Positions 24,301-35,810 of a stretch of 64,000 nt of DNA are shown in pieces. Each line of letters starts with the position of its first letter. Within the stretch, counting starts at the first letter, position 1. The stretch is taken from NCBI GenBank assembly GCA_051362555.1, contig CM120640.1, positions 16,058,001 through 16,122,000 on the forward strand, given 5' to 3'. The notes beneath the pieces were generated by a model. It was given only the letters and a program-made list of their open reading frames with translations, had not been told where the DNA came from and searched no databases. This DNA comes from Lingula anatina (taxonomy: Eukaryota > Animalia > Brachiopoda). Made by a program: the position numbers and the translations under genes.

Positions 24301-27300
24301 TTTGGTAACAATGGTAATGTTATATTACCACTTGAAAAAACCCAATCATATGTGATAAAATACTTTTTCTGACTACTTTTTAAAACCTGACAGTTGCTTG
24401 AGCATACTTATCGGAAAAAACTTTAAATCCTTGCTCCCAGTCCACCAGAAGTCTCTTACTTTTCTGTCTGTCAGTGGCTAGAGGACTACCACAAGAAGTA
24501 AAATTTTTCTTATTACATTTATTGTAGACCTTCAACATCTCCCCAAGCATTTTTCTCAGCTTGTGTGTGTTTTCTTTGACAGAAATGAAACTTAACTCAT
24601 ATACTTATTTTCAGACCATACACTTGTCTTCTGGGGAACATACCAAACACAGAGATTTACCAGGATAAACAAAAGTACCAAGCAGTAAGTTCTTTATTTC
24701 TTCTTTTCTTCATAATGTCAAACATAATTTACAAACTTTTTTAAAGATCTAGATCATTTAAAAATCTAAATATTTAAAAATCTCAATTAAACACATTTCA
24801 AGCAATTGTTGAGAGATTGAGAAAGGATGAATGTTTTGTTCCTTTATTTTTTCTTTCTTGATAATTTTTTATCAATTCTTTGAAATACTTATTTATAAGA
24901 AAGTCATCATGTTGAGGTGACCAGATATAACACATTTTTTTTTCATAACCTCAATAGGTCCAAGAAATTCCTGGGTTGAAAATCTTTCATTTTGAGGGCT
25001 CCTTGTACCATGCCAATGCTGAGCATTTCCGCAAAAAGCTGTTTGAACTCACAGAAACATACCCACTGAAACTGAAGAAAAAGAGACAGAAACAGGAAAA
25101 GCAAATGAAGAAACACAAGAGAAGGCAAGACGTGTTGAGGACTGAGGAGGACAAGAGAGCCAAGAAAGCTGAGAAACAGAAAAGAAGGGAAATGAAACTG
25201 GTAATGGTTGAGAAAAGCTGATTTTATTTATTTCACAAATTTTACATTGTTGTGATTTATGTCCTAAGAGCATATCTTTCTAATCTTTAGTTTAGCTCAA
25301 AATAAGATGCAGCATTAGTAAAATAATGGGATACAAAAATGTCAATACAATAATGCAATTCAATTCAAGGCAGTATGGCTAAAATATTAATACCAGTGTT
25401 AATTCTGTAACTTCAGGCTGGACACAGACTCCAAAATGACTTGGATCCTAACTTCATCTGCAGCATTGTTGATGAGTCAGAAGATGACCTTGATGACATC
25501 TATGCTGTCAGTGGAGCTAGGGTTACTATGAACAATTTTGAACTCCGTCACATCATCATAGACTGCTCTTCTATGGTTTATATTGACTCTGTTGGCATCA
25601 AAATATTGAAACAGGTAATTTGGGTCACTTTCTTTAAAATTTGAAAACTTTAAATATCTGTTTATATTTACCTACTATTGTTGTTACTAGTTTTTTTATT
25701 GAAGAAGTTGATTGAGAAGGTACGTGACCAACTTTCACGATCACTATTGTTGTAAAATTTTCCTAAAATTCACACAATGAGGTGGGAATGAGTGAATTTC
25801 ACTTGTGATGGTATAAAAATAGAAACCAAGAGCTGGAAAACAGATTAAAAAATTGTAATTTCTCAACACTTTTGGATATGTTAAAATTTCAGTAATGAAG
25901 AGAAAAGTGTTGAAATTTCCAGGGATATTAAATTGTTACTATATTTAAGCCTTACGCACATTGTATGCTTTTAAACAAAGTTTGTTTTATATATATACTA
26001 ACAGCGCTCTTTATTCCCTTACAGATCATGACTGACTGCAAGGAGGTTGGCATTACAGTGTTATTATGTGAATGTAGAGGTAAGTGTATGTTACCCAGAT
26101 TACAGTGTAAACAGATTACAAAGATGCATCACAGTAAAATATCTTGATTCTTAAAAATATTCTTTTCTTTTAGCAATTTTACCTACAAAGCAAAGAGAGA
26201 AGGAGATTGCACAACTTTATAAAATTTTTCAGTCAACCTGCGAGAATTGTTTCATAAACATCAGCTATTTGAGAAGCTTAACAGCAATGTGATCTACCTG
26301 ACCATACATGATGCAGTTATCAAGGCAACTTCAGCTACGGAAACAGTACCCTCAGAAGTAAGTAAAAAAAAAAAGTAAAAAATTAATCCTTGAATGGTTA
26401 ATTTATAATTATCTAAATTTTGTAATACTTTTGATCCTGCAATAGCTTAAACACAAATTAAACACAAAGGTCTATCATGCTCTTTATGTGCCTTTAAACA
26501 AACCATCGTTGATTTCTATTTCAGTTGTTGTTTTATTTTTATTTCAGTTAACATCTACTCTGCCACAGCCTCCCTCCATGTGTAACATGCTGGACTCTGT
26601 TCCTGTGCAACTGAGCATGCCATACAAGCCACTGACTAGATCAGAGACAGCATGCACAACTGTAGCCCTAGAGATGAGTCCCCAGAAGAACGAGGATCAA
26701 GTTTCAGCGGACGACTCGGCGTACAATTCCGCAGAGAAAATCCGCTACGCTCCCGAGCGCAGAGAGGCTGCAGTCCAGTACAATTCACATTCCCTCGCTT
26801 CCTCGGAGAAGTTAAAGTTTCTGTCTGGCACTGACATGGAACTGCCGGCTGAGTTGAACGCAAATTTTAGGGCATCAACGGGACAGATATATTTCCCTGA
26901 AAAAGACGAAGAATTTGAAATTGACTTCACATTGAGGACCTCTGTTGAGGGTATTCCTCAGACCAGTGATACAGTCTCTGGTCACTTCCAGGCAGATTTC
27001 AGTAGTGCCCCGTCTGACCCCCCACACCAACAACAACAACAGCAAATAGCAGAGGCTCCATTAATAGCAGACTTCAGTGCTGTGGAGAAGCAGCGTTCAA
27101 ACTCTTGTCTTGCAGAGCCCCTGGGTCAGTTTGAGGCAGACTTCAGCACACCCAAGGAACAGCTCGAGTTTCCACAAGTCCCTCTTACTGTAGCACAGTT
27201 CAACACCGAGTCTATGGAACAGTTAAACATGCCCCAGGTGAGTGATTTATTTCTCTCGCGTTCTTACGTGCAAGATAATACTTCTACTTCAAGAATATTC

Positions 27301-27643
27301 TTCTTAAATGTAACAGATGCTTAATTGGTTAATCTTAGTGATGAATATTTCCCTTATTCTATCAAAAAAAAAAAAAAAAAATTCAAAAAATTTCAGCTAT
27401 TTATTGTGTTGATGCATTTAATGATCGATGAAGTTGATAGCAATGATTCCATTGCATTTTGAATTGGTTAATTACATATATCATGATATTTATACTCTGT
27501 TAATTTGGTGCATTAACTTTTTCATGTGACAGCTGTTTGATGATGATGAAGAACCACTGTCTCGTACATCAAGCAAAAGAAGCTCAAGGAAGAGCCGAGG
27601 CTACTGTAATCTAGCTTGTTCTGCAGAAAGTTCAGAATGTTAG
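17326..27643 (+). CDS. SLC26A5: SLC26-family sulfate/anion transporter (prestin-like) with STAS domain and long C-terminal extension, ~1024 aa
   Basis: Eighteen phase-compatible exons: 17326-17665, 19004-19114, 19875-20044, 20280-20444, 20897-21061, 21726-21808, 22370-22523, 22835-22948, 23382-23459, 23797-23892, 24137-24243, 24615-24684, 24958-25200, 25417-25614, 26025-26079, 26233-26357, 26548-27237, 27533-27643. Motifs include [56 protein letters not shown], and [19 protein letters not shown] / YLTIHDAV. Exact vertebrate orthology within SLC26 is uncertain. Confidence 0.9.
20422..20515 (+). repeat. 47-bp tandem duplication of an SLC26 exon end and splice donor
   Basis: CGGAGCCGCTCAAGTTGGTAAAAGTAAGTCTAATGTGAAATAAAAAA occurs at 20422 and again at 20469. 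Confidence 0.92.
21273..21322. repeat. poly(A) tract (~50 nt), intronic
   Basis: Direct reading of the sequence. Confidence 0.9.
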
Positions 27644-28635
27644 CCGAACTGCCTTTAACATATAACATGGACTATATTTAAATGCTGACATAATGTTACT
27701 ATATTCTGAATTGTCACCTGTAGAATTTAAGCACAAGAGATATTTATTGTGAACCATGTGTGACTAAAGAATTAACATGGAATGAATGAATGTATAGGAT
27801 TGAATCAAGACAGTTTAATGGCTGGTCTGCTCTTGTATTACATATTGCTTTGAATTAAAAGATATATATTAAGGAAGTATAATATCAATGATTAAATTAT
27901 ACAAGCAAACATCATGGTATTTTTGTCTGCGAATTGTGTTCTGTATGGGTTAAGCCTTTAAATTGGTGGTCAGGTTTTATATGTTGTAGCTATTTGTTGG
28001 AATCATCAATTGTAACATATAACCCATTTATAAGTATTTTTTAGTTGTCCAGGCTGAATGCTTACTGTTGATGTTAGTGTGCTTTTTTTTTTACTTTGTG
28101 CCAGTCATACTGAGCGGCAGTCTTCAATTCTAAGTAATTATAACGTACTCAGAGGGGTCTGGCAACCAGAAACTGGTGTCGTTATTCAAAAACGATTCTG
28201 ATGCTGGGAAACCAGAGTGGTTTTTGTGGTGGGAGACAAGACTGGGCTGACGAAGAGGCGTCAGGCGATTAGCGTCTACTGCAACAGGTAATCTTACCCG
28301 TGAAAGCCGGCCATGGTGTTGCAGACAATCTCCGCTGTGCAGGAAGGACGGGATGACCGCCGATCGATCTTTACAGCGCACAGGTCGGCCCCTGGGTGTC
28401 TCGTCTTGTTGTATGGTTGACTAACTTGGTTATATTTGATAAGAATAAACAATTCTAGCAATTAAAAAACTAGTGCTGTTTTAAAAAAATGGTTCTTCCG
28501 CCTTGCTGCTCTTGCTTGCTGCTAATATATATACATATTTTGAACCCTCATGGAAAGCTAAAGGTATCACAAACAAAACAGTGCCCAAAAGGCACTGAGG
28601 AAAAGTTAAGAGAAAGTATCCTTCACGTCAGTTAG

Positions 28636-29544
28636 ATGTCCCCATGTTCATTTTGCCTGGAGTGCATCATTCTGGAAAAATATTGTCAATGCAAATCTAA
28701 GAAATACTTACGAGATATACAGCTGTCGATTTCAGTGCCATCTTTTTGGCGTACATGTGGCAGTAGCAGTAATATTGTATTGGACATCCTTCTCCATCTT
28801 CTACTGACCTCGGTTCTATCTGAGCATCTCTCACCAAAACGCTCACCTGATTTTGATGAAGAGGTCACCTACGAGTTCTTTCTTTGCGGACGCTTCGGTA
28901 CGAATAACCGTCTGATTTATGAGAAGACACAATAAGTCTCCATCTCAAAAAGAGGATTAGGGGTTGATAAAGTCACAATGACACACACACACACAAAACA
29001 AAAATAAATAAATAAAAATAAAAACGAATTTTCAAAGTCAACATACTTGATATTGCCTGACTGGGCATATCAATCAGCTTTCATAGGTCTAAAGAACCAA
29101 GAAGTTATTTTAAGCTCATGGTCAAAGTCAACCGGAAAGGGTGCAAACTTCTTGGAATATACCCGTGAATGGACTGAAAAAGTTAATAGGGGTGGTGTGT
29201 TTGAAATAAATGATGACATTTATATTTTTTTTGCAGAGTGGAAATGGTAGTTAGGTCGATGTTCAATGTAGTTTCTCAAAGCAAATTGTCACTTGCCAGT
29301 AGGGAAAATTATCCTATTCAACTTGCTGTCCTTAAAGCTAGTACAACTTGGCTGGTCTGCAATAACTAGAGATGTTGAGGAGGAATGCCACAGCACCTTG
29401 CTTTTTCATTGTGTTTTAAAGAAACATGTGGCCATCAGAGGATCAGCATTCACTCGTGTATGGAAAACAGGCAGGAAAGCTGTCAAATGTACAGACAAAA
29501 AGCAGAAAATAAAATTGCACAAAATAGGCTACTGTCAATTCTGA
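28636..29544 (+). pseudogene. Frameshifted transposon-associated ORF remnant with an RGG(L/V) motif, convergent to the P-type transposase
   Basis: Fragments FLEYTREWTEKVNRGGVFEINDDIYIFF, then (frameshift in a T run) CRVEMVVRSMF, and ..LKKHVAIRGSAFTRVWK.. resemble the RGGL-containing C-terminal helical region of P/THAP9-type proteins. Confidence 0.5.
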
Positions 29545-29896
29545 TGCAAAAGTACATTATGCTTAACTGCAAATTCAACATCAAATTTTAATTATGCTCA
29601 ACAGGTAATACCAATGTAAGTAAAATGTGTAACAAGCATAAGGCTTTAGGCCCATGGGGGTTCAAGTTCACACTTTGAAAATGCCAGAATGAGAAAAATG
29701 AAAATTTCATACAAAACTGCATAAATTCAATAATAAATGATAACCCAATTGAGCTGGCTTTCTAACTTGAACTGCATGCCAATCCTAAAAATCATACTTG
29801 TAAGTTAAAAATAATTATAAGTAACACAGTTTTCTTTTCATAATGTTTGTAGTAGCAGTGCAAAAAGATTTCTGTCAATTTTGATTACATAATAAA

Positions 29897-30857
29897 CTAG
29901 AGGATCAGAGAGGCGATACCGCCTCCGGATATTGTACCGCCAGCTGGAGTAAGCGCATTCGTATGGACCCCCCCCCCCAAAAAAAAAGGGACACCACCAC
30001 CAGTCTTGTGCTTGACAAGCTGTGTAAAATGCAATCAACAAGAATTCTCAAAATATGCAAAAAAAAATATATATAACTGAAAATGATACAATCAAAGTTC
30101 AGTTCATCGTAAAAAGTAGGTCAAAGGTCAATTTTAGGGTCACAGTGAATTGCCAGTATATGACTTCCTATTCAAGTTCAATAGTAACTATGAACCTATC
30201 TCTGCCAATTTTTGAGATAAAAGGGAACCAAATTTGCAAAGTTCAATTCATAGTGAAAAGTAGGTCAAATGTCAATTATAAGGTCACAGTAAATTGCCTC
30301 TAATGACTTTCTATTCAAATTCAATAGTAACTATGGACCTTTCTCTGCCAATTTTGGAGATAAAAGGGAACCAAAATTTGCAAAGTTCAGTTCATGGTGA
30401 AAAGTAGGTCAAAGGTCAATTTTAAGGTCACAGTGAATTGCCTCTAATGACTTTCTATTCAAGTTCAATAGTAACTATGGACCTATCTCTGCCAGTTTTG
30501 GAGATAAAAAGGAACTAAAATTTGCAAAGTTCAGTTCATGGTGAAAGGTAGGTCAAATGTCAATTATAAGGTCACAGTGAATTGCCTCTTATGACTTTCT
30601 ATTCAAATTCAATAGTAACTATGGGCGTATCTTTGCCAGTTTTGAAGAATAAGCATTAAAAAAGTTGCAAAGTTCAGTTTATGGTGTAAAGTAGGTCAAA
30701 GGTCAATTTCAAGGTCATAAGATTACCAGTATAAGACTTCCTATTCAACTTCAATAGTAACTAGTGACCTATCTCTGCCAGTTTTGGAGATAAAAGTTGC
30801 AAAGTTCAATTCATGATGAAAAGTAGGTCAAAGGTCAATTTCAAGGTCACAGTAAGA
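29897..30857 (-). mobile_element. HINE copy B (3' half only; ~5 diverged 146-bp satellite units)
   Basis: Reverse complement of the copy A 3' end (CTAGAGGATCAGAGAGGCGATACCGCCTCC..TTGTACCGCCAGC) followed by satellite units. It ends abruptly against transposase coding sequence. Confidence 0.9.
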
Positions 30858-32593
30858 ATACTGCATCAGCAATAAAGTACAGTTTAAGACCTTGTCCATA
30901 TAGATTTTCTGTCCAATAAACTACAGCATCTGGCCTGTGATTCACTGTGTTATGCATGCGGTAAAATCTGCGGTTTGGTGTTGCTGCATTGCAAACAGTA
31001 GCTCTCACTTTAAAACCTGCAGTTTCCAAGACACGGACATTTCCCCAAATTGTTGGATAAAGTTGTTCGGCATTGAACCCTACACAGGGGTAATGAGCCA
31101 ATGTAAAAGAGTAGCTGTCCACAATTCCCTGATCCATGGTCACCAGTACATGAGTCGCCAACTGGGGTTCTGCATCCTCTCCCTTTTCTACAAGGCTGCC
31201 GAATGTCCACAACTGCTCATTGAAACTGCCCATATTACAGAGCCCAACAAGCTCACCACTATTCTTTGAATACACAAGGTCCGACTTGATTTTCACTTCA
31301 TCAAAAGCAGAACAACATTTTTCTTAGCTTCTGGGAGTTTGGAGAATTCAATGGCTTCCACTTGCTGCTTGAGAAAATGAGCATTCACTTTGCCTGGGGA
31401 AAGAGAGGTGTAATGTTCATAGTCACATAATGTCCTGGATGTTGGCAGAGAAAAAAATCCTGACTTATTGATCAAGTCATAAGCTGCACGAGAAATTGAT
31501 TTCAGCTGCAGACACCAACGTATCATCATTGGATGCCATCTCATGCTCTTCTTGTTGCTCAGCTCAGCTTGTTTTTTTTTTTGTTGATCCCACAGCAGAA
31601 TCCGGCTGGAAGGTCCTACCAATGTGGGCATCACTGTCTGTCATAATCTTTTGTAAATCACTGGATACAGATTCATGCAGAGTTACCCCTTCTCTCTCCA
31701 CTAGTTTCGCCACATGCTGCATTAGAGCCTTCTTCTTGTTTGCCTCCAATGCTTGTTGAGATTTGACATTTGCTAGTCTCTCTCAAAGTTCCTCCGAATC
31801 CAAAAGTTTGAGGGGAATATGTGATGAAGCAGATGTTTTGTCACTTTCTTCCACCTTCTTGCTTCTGTGTAGTAATTGTTTTAGATTATTTCGAAAATTT
31901 ACACAACTGATACACCTGGTCCCCTTCACTAAAATTGTACAGTTTTTGTGGCGGATTGTCCTTTTAAAGGTTAAATTTCCACTGACAATTGGAAAACCCT
32001 GTTCTTCAGAAGCAATGATATCACCCATGGAATTTTCAAACTTGGCATTTCCAGATGGACTGCGTTGTCGGCAGATTGGGATATATTTTTCATCTGGATT
32101 ACCAGGGCACTTATTGTAAAATAAGACTATTTTAAACAACTGTTCAACGTCCTCTAGCACAGGCGGGATTTCAGATAAAAGCTGAGAGTGGGAAATTTCT
32201 TTTCCAAGAACTGTCACTTTCCAGGTTTTGTCATTTCTCAAGGTGAAAATGTGAGTAAAAACTGGCATTCTTAGTCCTCCAATCAAAGCAAATGAGGGTG
32301 TAGAGCCAAAGTTATATGAACCACCACCATCATCTCCTATCTCCAACAGTCCATATTTTGCACCAATTTGTCTGGTTTGTGTCAGGAAATCTGTTGTCTG
32401 TGGGGGTGAGAGCACAGAGCCTTGTGTCTCAAGTAGCTGCTGCGTACTTTCTACATCCTCCTGCTCCTGGGGCTGTTCAGTTGTGACTACATTTGCCAGC
32501 AAATCTAGAGAAGATACGTCATATGCCTCTTCTTGATCTGTGACCTTAAATGAGTAAGCACTAGGTATATAACAACACACAGATACTCGTTAA

Positions 32594-32665
<72 letters not shown>

Positions 32666-33068
32666 TAATTATTAATATTTTTATAATAATTATTAATATA
32701 TTTTAATTATATATAATTATTATTATTAAAAAAAAAAAAAGCACTCAAAAGGAAAATGCAGAGGTGAGCATAACAGGACTGATTAAGTATCAAGGTATTT
32801 GATAACTCGCCTGAAATCAAAACCAAAAACAATCAACAGTCACCTGTTGTGTGCTTTCTACATTCTGCTGCTCTTGGGACTGCTCCGTTGTGGCTACATC
32901 TGCCAGCAAATCTAGAGGAGTGATTTCATATGGCCCTCGTGTTTCGAGTGGCTGCTCAGTACTTTCATCATTGGGGGGTTGTTCAGTTACCTGCTTTGAT
33001 TTTCTCCTTTTCTTATGGGGTATGTGGGTCCCTTTCTTCCTGTAGGTCAGACCACGCCGTCTACCCAT
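30858..33068 (-). pseudogene. P-element/THAP9-like transposase pseudogene
   Basis: Exons 33068-32844 and 32544-~30858. Motifs MRWHPMMIRWCLQL..AAYDLI..SG..LPTSRTLCDY, L(F)DEVKIKSDLVY..GELVG, LATHVLV, LETAGFKV..VC(N)AA.PNRRF and LYFIAD. Frameshifts near 31783, 31580 and 31300; the second catalytic Asp appears as Asn; 3' truncated by HINE copy B. Confidence 0.85.
32598..32657. repeat. (TA)n microsatellite in the transposase intron
   Basis: Direct reading of the sequence. Confidence 0.92.
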
Positions 33069-33792
33069 TCTGAAATTATTATACATTTTAATAATAAAAA
33101 CCTACATGAAAAAGTAAGACGGGTTTGTCTAATTTTTCTAAAGCAATATATTCTGTAAAGCAGCCTCCTGACTATTCCACCTCAATAAGGTCTCTCTTAA
33201 ATACATGTTACAAATTAACTACAGTAAAAGAAATAATAGACAAAATATACAGTACTTATGACAGGATTGGTAAAAATGTCTCATTCAATTCTTTATATCC
33301 AATAAGTAACTTTCATTTATCATAAATGACCATTAACTCATCTAAGATAATTACGATAATTATAACTGATAACCAGGCAAGATATGTCAGGGAAGATTCT
33401 CCCTTCACCTGTGACATGCTAGCTGAATAGGTTATGCTGAATAGGTGTGGTGGGTCACTAGTTTTTCAGGTAGATACCATCAGGTAATTGAATGACCACT
33501 TTCACAATTGTGAAAAATTATTTGGGCTTACAAGTTGACTCTAACAGGAGTGTAATTACTTGGCTTTTAATAGAAGTGTAGTAACTCCCTGGTGAAGTCA
33601 AAATAAATTTACTAGCTACTATAGACAGTGTGAGTACAACTACCAGAAGTTGTAAATCCACTCTTAATAGAGCTGATGCAATAAATTTAAGTTTTCATTC
33701 TGAGTATAAACTGCATGAAGAATAATAGATCTATTTACACAAACAATACAAGTTGTGTGCGTTAATTCATTTTAAACAATAAGAACTATCAG

Positions 33793-34430
33793 ACCACCAT
33801 TTTGAAAAAGTCTGATGAAAAGTCTATTAAAAACAGTTTTTTATGAAAAGGATAGATTCATTTTATACCAAAATGATGTATTGTAATGATGCACGTGCTT
33901 AACTAACCAGAAAAACATAAATTATGTGCATACATCACATTAAAATTAACAAAAAATGTCCCAAACTGACACCCAACTGCCTCTCACCACTTTATGGACC
34001 CACCATTTTGAATAAGTCCGATGAAAAGTTAGTCTATTTGAAACGATGTTTTTCATCGGAATGATTGATTCATTCGACACCAAAATGATGTATTGTAATG
34101 ATGCACGTGCTTAACTAACCAGAAAAACATAAATTATGTGCATACATCGCGTTAAAATTTACAAAAAATGTCCCAAACTGTCACCCAACTGCATCTCACC
34201 ATCACCAGGTTATGGACCCGCCATTTTGAAAAAGTCCGATGAAAAGTTGTCTATTTGAAACGATGTTTTTTATTTAAAAGACTGATTCATTTAATACCAA
34301 AAAGATGTATTGTAATGATGCACGTGCTTAACTAACCAGAAAGACATAAATTATGTTCATACATCACGCACTCAAGAAGAAAAAAGTCCTAAACATGGAG
34401 GTCCCGCTGAATCGGCCTCACCAGCTATAA
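33793..34430. repeat. Three diverged tandem copies of a ~206-218-bp unit
   Basis: CC(A/G)CCATTTTGAA.AAGTC.GATGAAAAGT starts at 33794, 34000 and 34218. Each unit contains GATGTATTGTAATGATGCACGTGCTTAACTAACCAGAAA. Confidence 0.88.
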
Positions 34431-34645
34431 CCACGCTCGGCAGCACCTTGATTGGATAGTAAACGATTGTCGTAAAATCGCTAAATGATATTAAAACCGG
34501 GTGCATAAACTTGAAAACCACCTAGGACAACCTTAGACTGCCACATTAATCCAATACAATGCAAAAATAAACTATAACAAGTGGTTAAAGCCTTCAAACC
34601 GAATGTCGTAAAGTCCCCATATACCTCCATAGAGACAATAAAATA

Positions 34646-34805
34646 GGGTAAGCTGTCTATAGTCCGAAGGTTCATTGGACCGAAAAGTGGTAACATTTTC
34701 ATCGATTTTTTAATCAAGGGTTCATTGGTCCGAAGGTTCTATAGTGAACATTCGGACCAATGAACCTTCGGACTATTGAACCTTCGGACTATCGCTACGG
34801 CCCCC
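34646..34805. mobile_element. Small foldback/MITE-like element built from a 15-bp unit ATAGTCCGAAGGTTC
   Basis: ATAGTCCGAAGGTTCATTGG..CGAA at the left end versus TTCGGACCAATGAACCTTCGGACTAT(TGAACCTTCGGACTAT) at the right end. GGG..CCC-like termini; no clear TSD. Confidence 0.6.
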
Positions 34806-35344
34806 TTGAAACAAAGATGGGCGCTATTAAAGAAAAAAGTTTAAGATTCAAACGTAGGCCTACTTTGAATTGTCTTGTATTTATGATGCATCCAAAGGTA
34901 AATTTCCATACGTTAACTCTACAGAAATTATATTTTAACTGTATAGGCACGAATAAAATACACCTTAAAACTGACCAATATAATTGAAAGAATTGGTCTG
35001 TATATTTGTATTATATCAAGTTTCTTTTGTTTTGAACATTCTGAAAGAAAATGTTCGGCGCGTTGTTTCATTAAATCACTTTAACTAACTGTTAATTCCA
35101 TATAACTAACTGAGCGAAATTCATAAAGAAAATCTACAACATGCTGTGTAAAAAATCAGTTCAAGTTATTATTAATTACATCGTAGATAACGATTGGTGG
35201 TCGTCACCGCACGGCGGAGAGAGACTGTAATATTCATTCAGCACAGCTTCCGCGGTGAAGGTTACCCGGTCGCAATAGACGCTAATCGCCGGTCGTCTCT
35301 TCCTTCGTCCACTCCTGTTTCCCTCCGCAAAAATGATTCTGGCT

Positions 35345-35810
35345 TCTCAGTATTATTTTTGAAAAAACGACATTAGTTTCTGGTTGCTAAACTTGTTTTT
35401 CGAAAGACGACACTGGTTTCTACATATCAGAATCGTTTTTTTTTTAAACGACAGTTTTCTGGGCATCAGATTTGTTTTTGAAAAATTCAATGACATTAAA
35501 ATTTATACTTCAAACACCTTGCCCGGCCTCCATGGTAGAGGTTATTTGGTCGCGGCAAACGTTCTCCGGTCACCCCTTCATCCATCCACTCTTGTTTCCT
35601 TTCGCAAAAAATTATTCTCAGAATCGTTTTCGAAAAACAACACTAGTTTCTAGTTACCAGATTGATTTTTGAAAAGCGACACCAGTTTTTGGTTGCCAGA
35701 ATCGTTTTTGATATACGAAACTAGATTCTTGTTGCCAGGTGCGTTTTTGAAAAACGAGATTAGTTTCTAGTTGCCAGTTTCGTTTTTAAAAAACGAAACT
35801 GGAAACTAGC
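35345..35810. repeat. Degenerate 39-bp minisatellite (AATCGTTTTTGAAAAACGACACCAGTTTCTGGTTGCCAG-like)
   Basis: CCAG anchor at 35657, 35696, 35735 and 35774. A single inverted unit lies at 28158-28200. Confidence 0.8.

Larger units (their letters stand above)
28158..35810. mobile_element. Decayed P-superfamily (THAP9/P-element-like) DNA transposon region bounded by diverged inverted repeats
   Basis: 28158-28312 is inversely homologous to ~35243-35400, including the exact 15-bp GGCGATTAGCGTCTA/TAGACGCTAATCGCC. The interval contains a broken P-type transposase (minus) and a convergent broken ORF (plus). True termini and TSD are not resolved. Confidence 0.55.
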
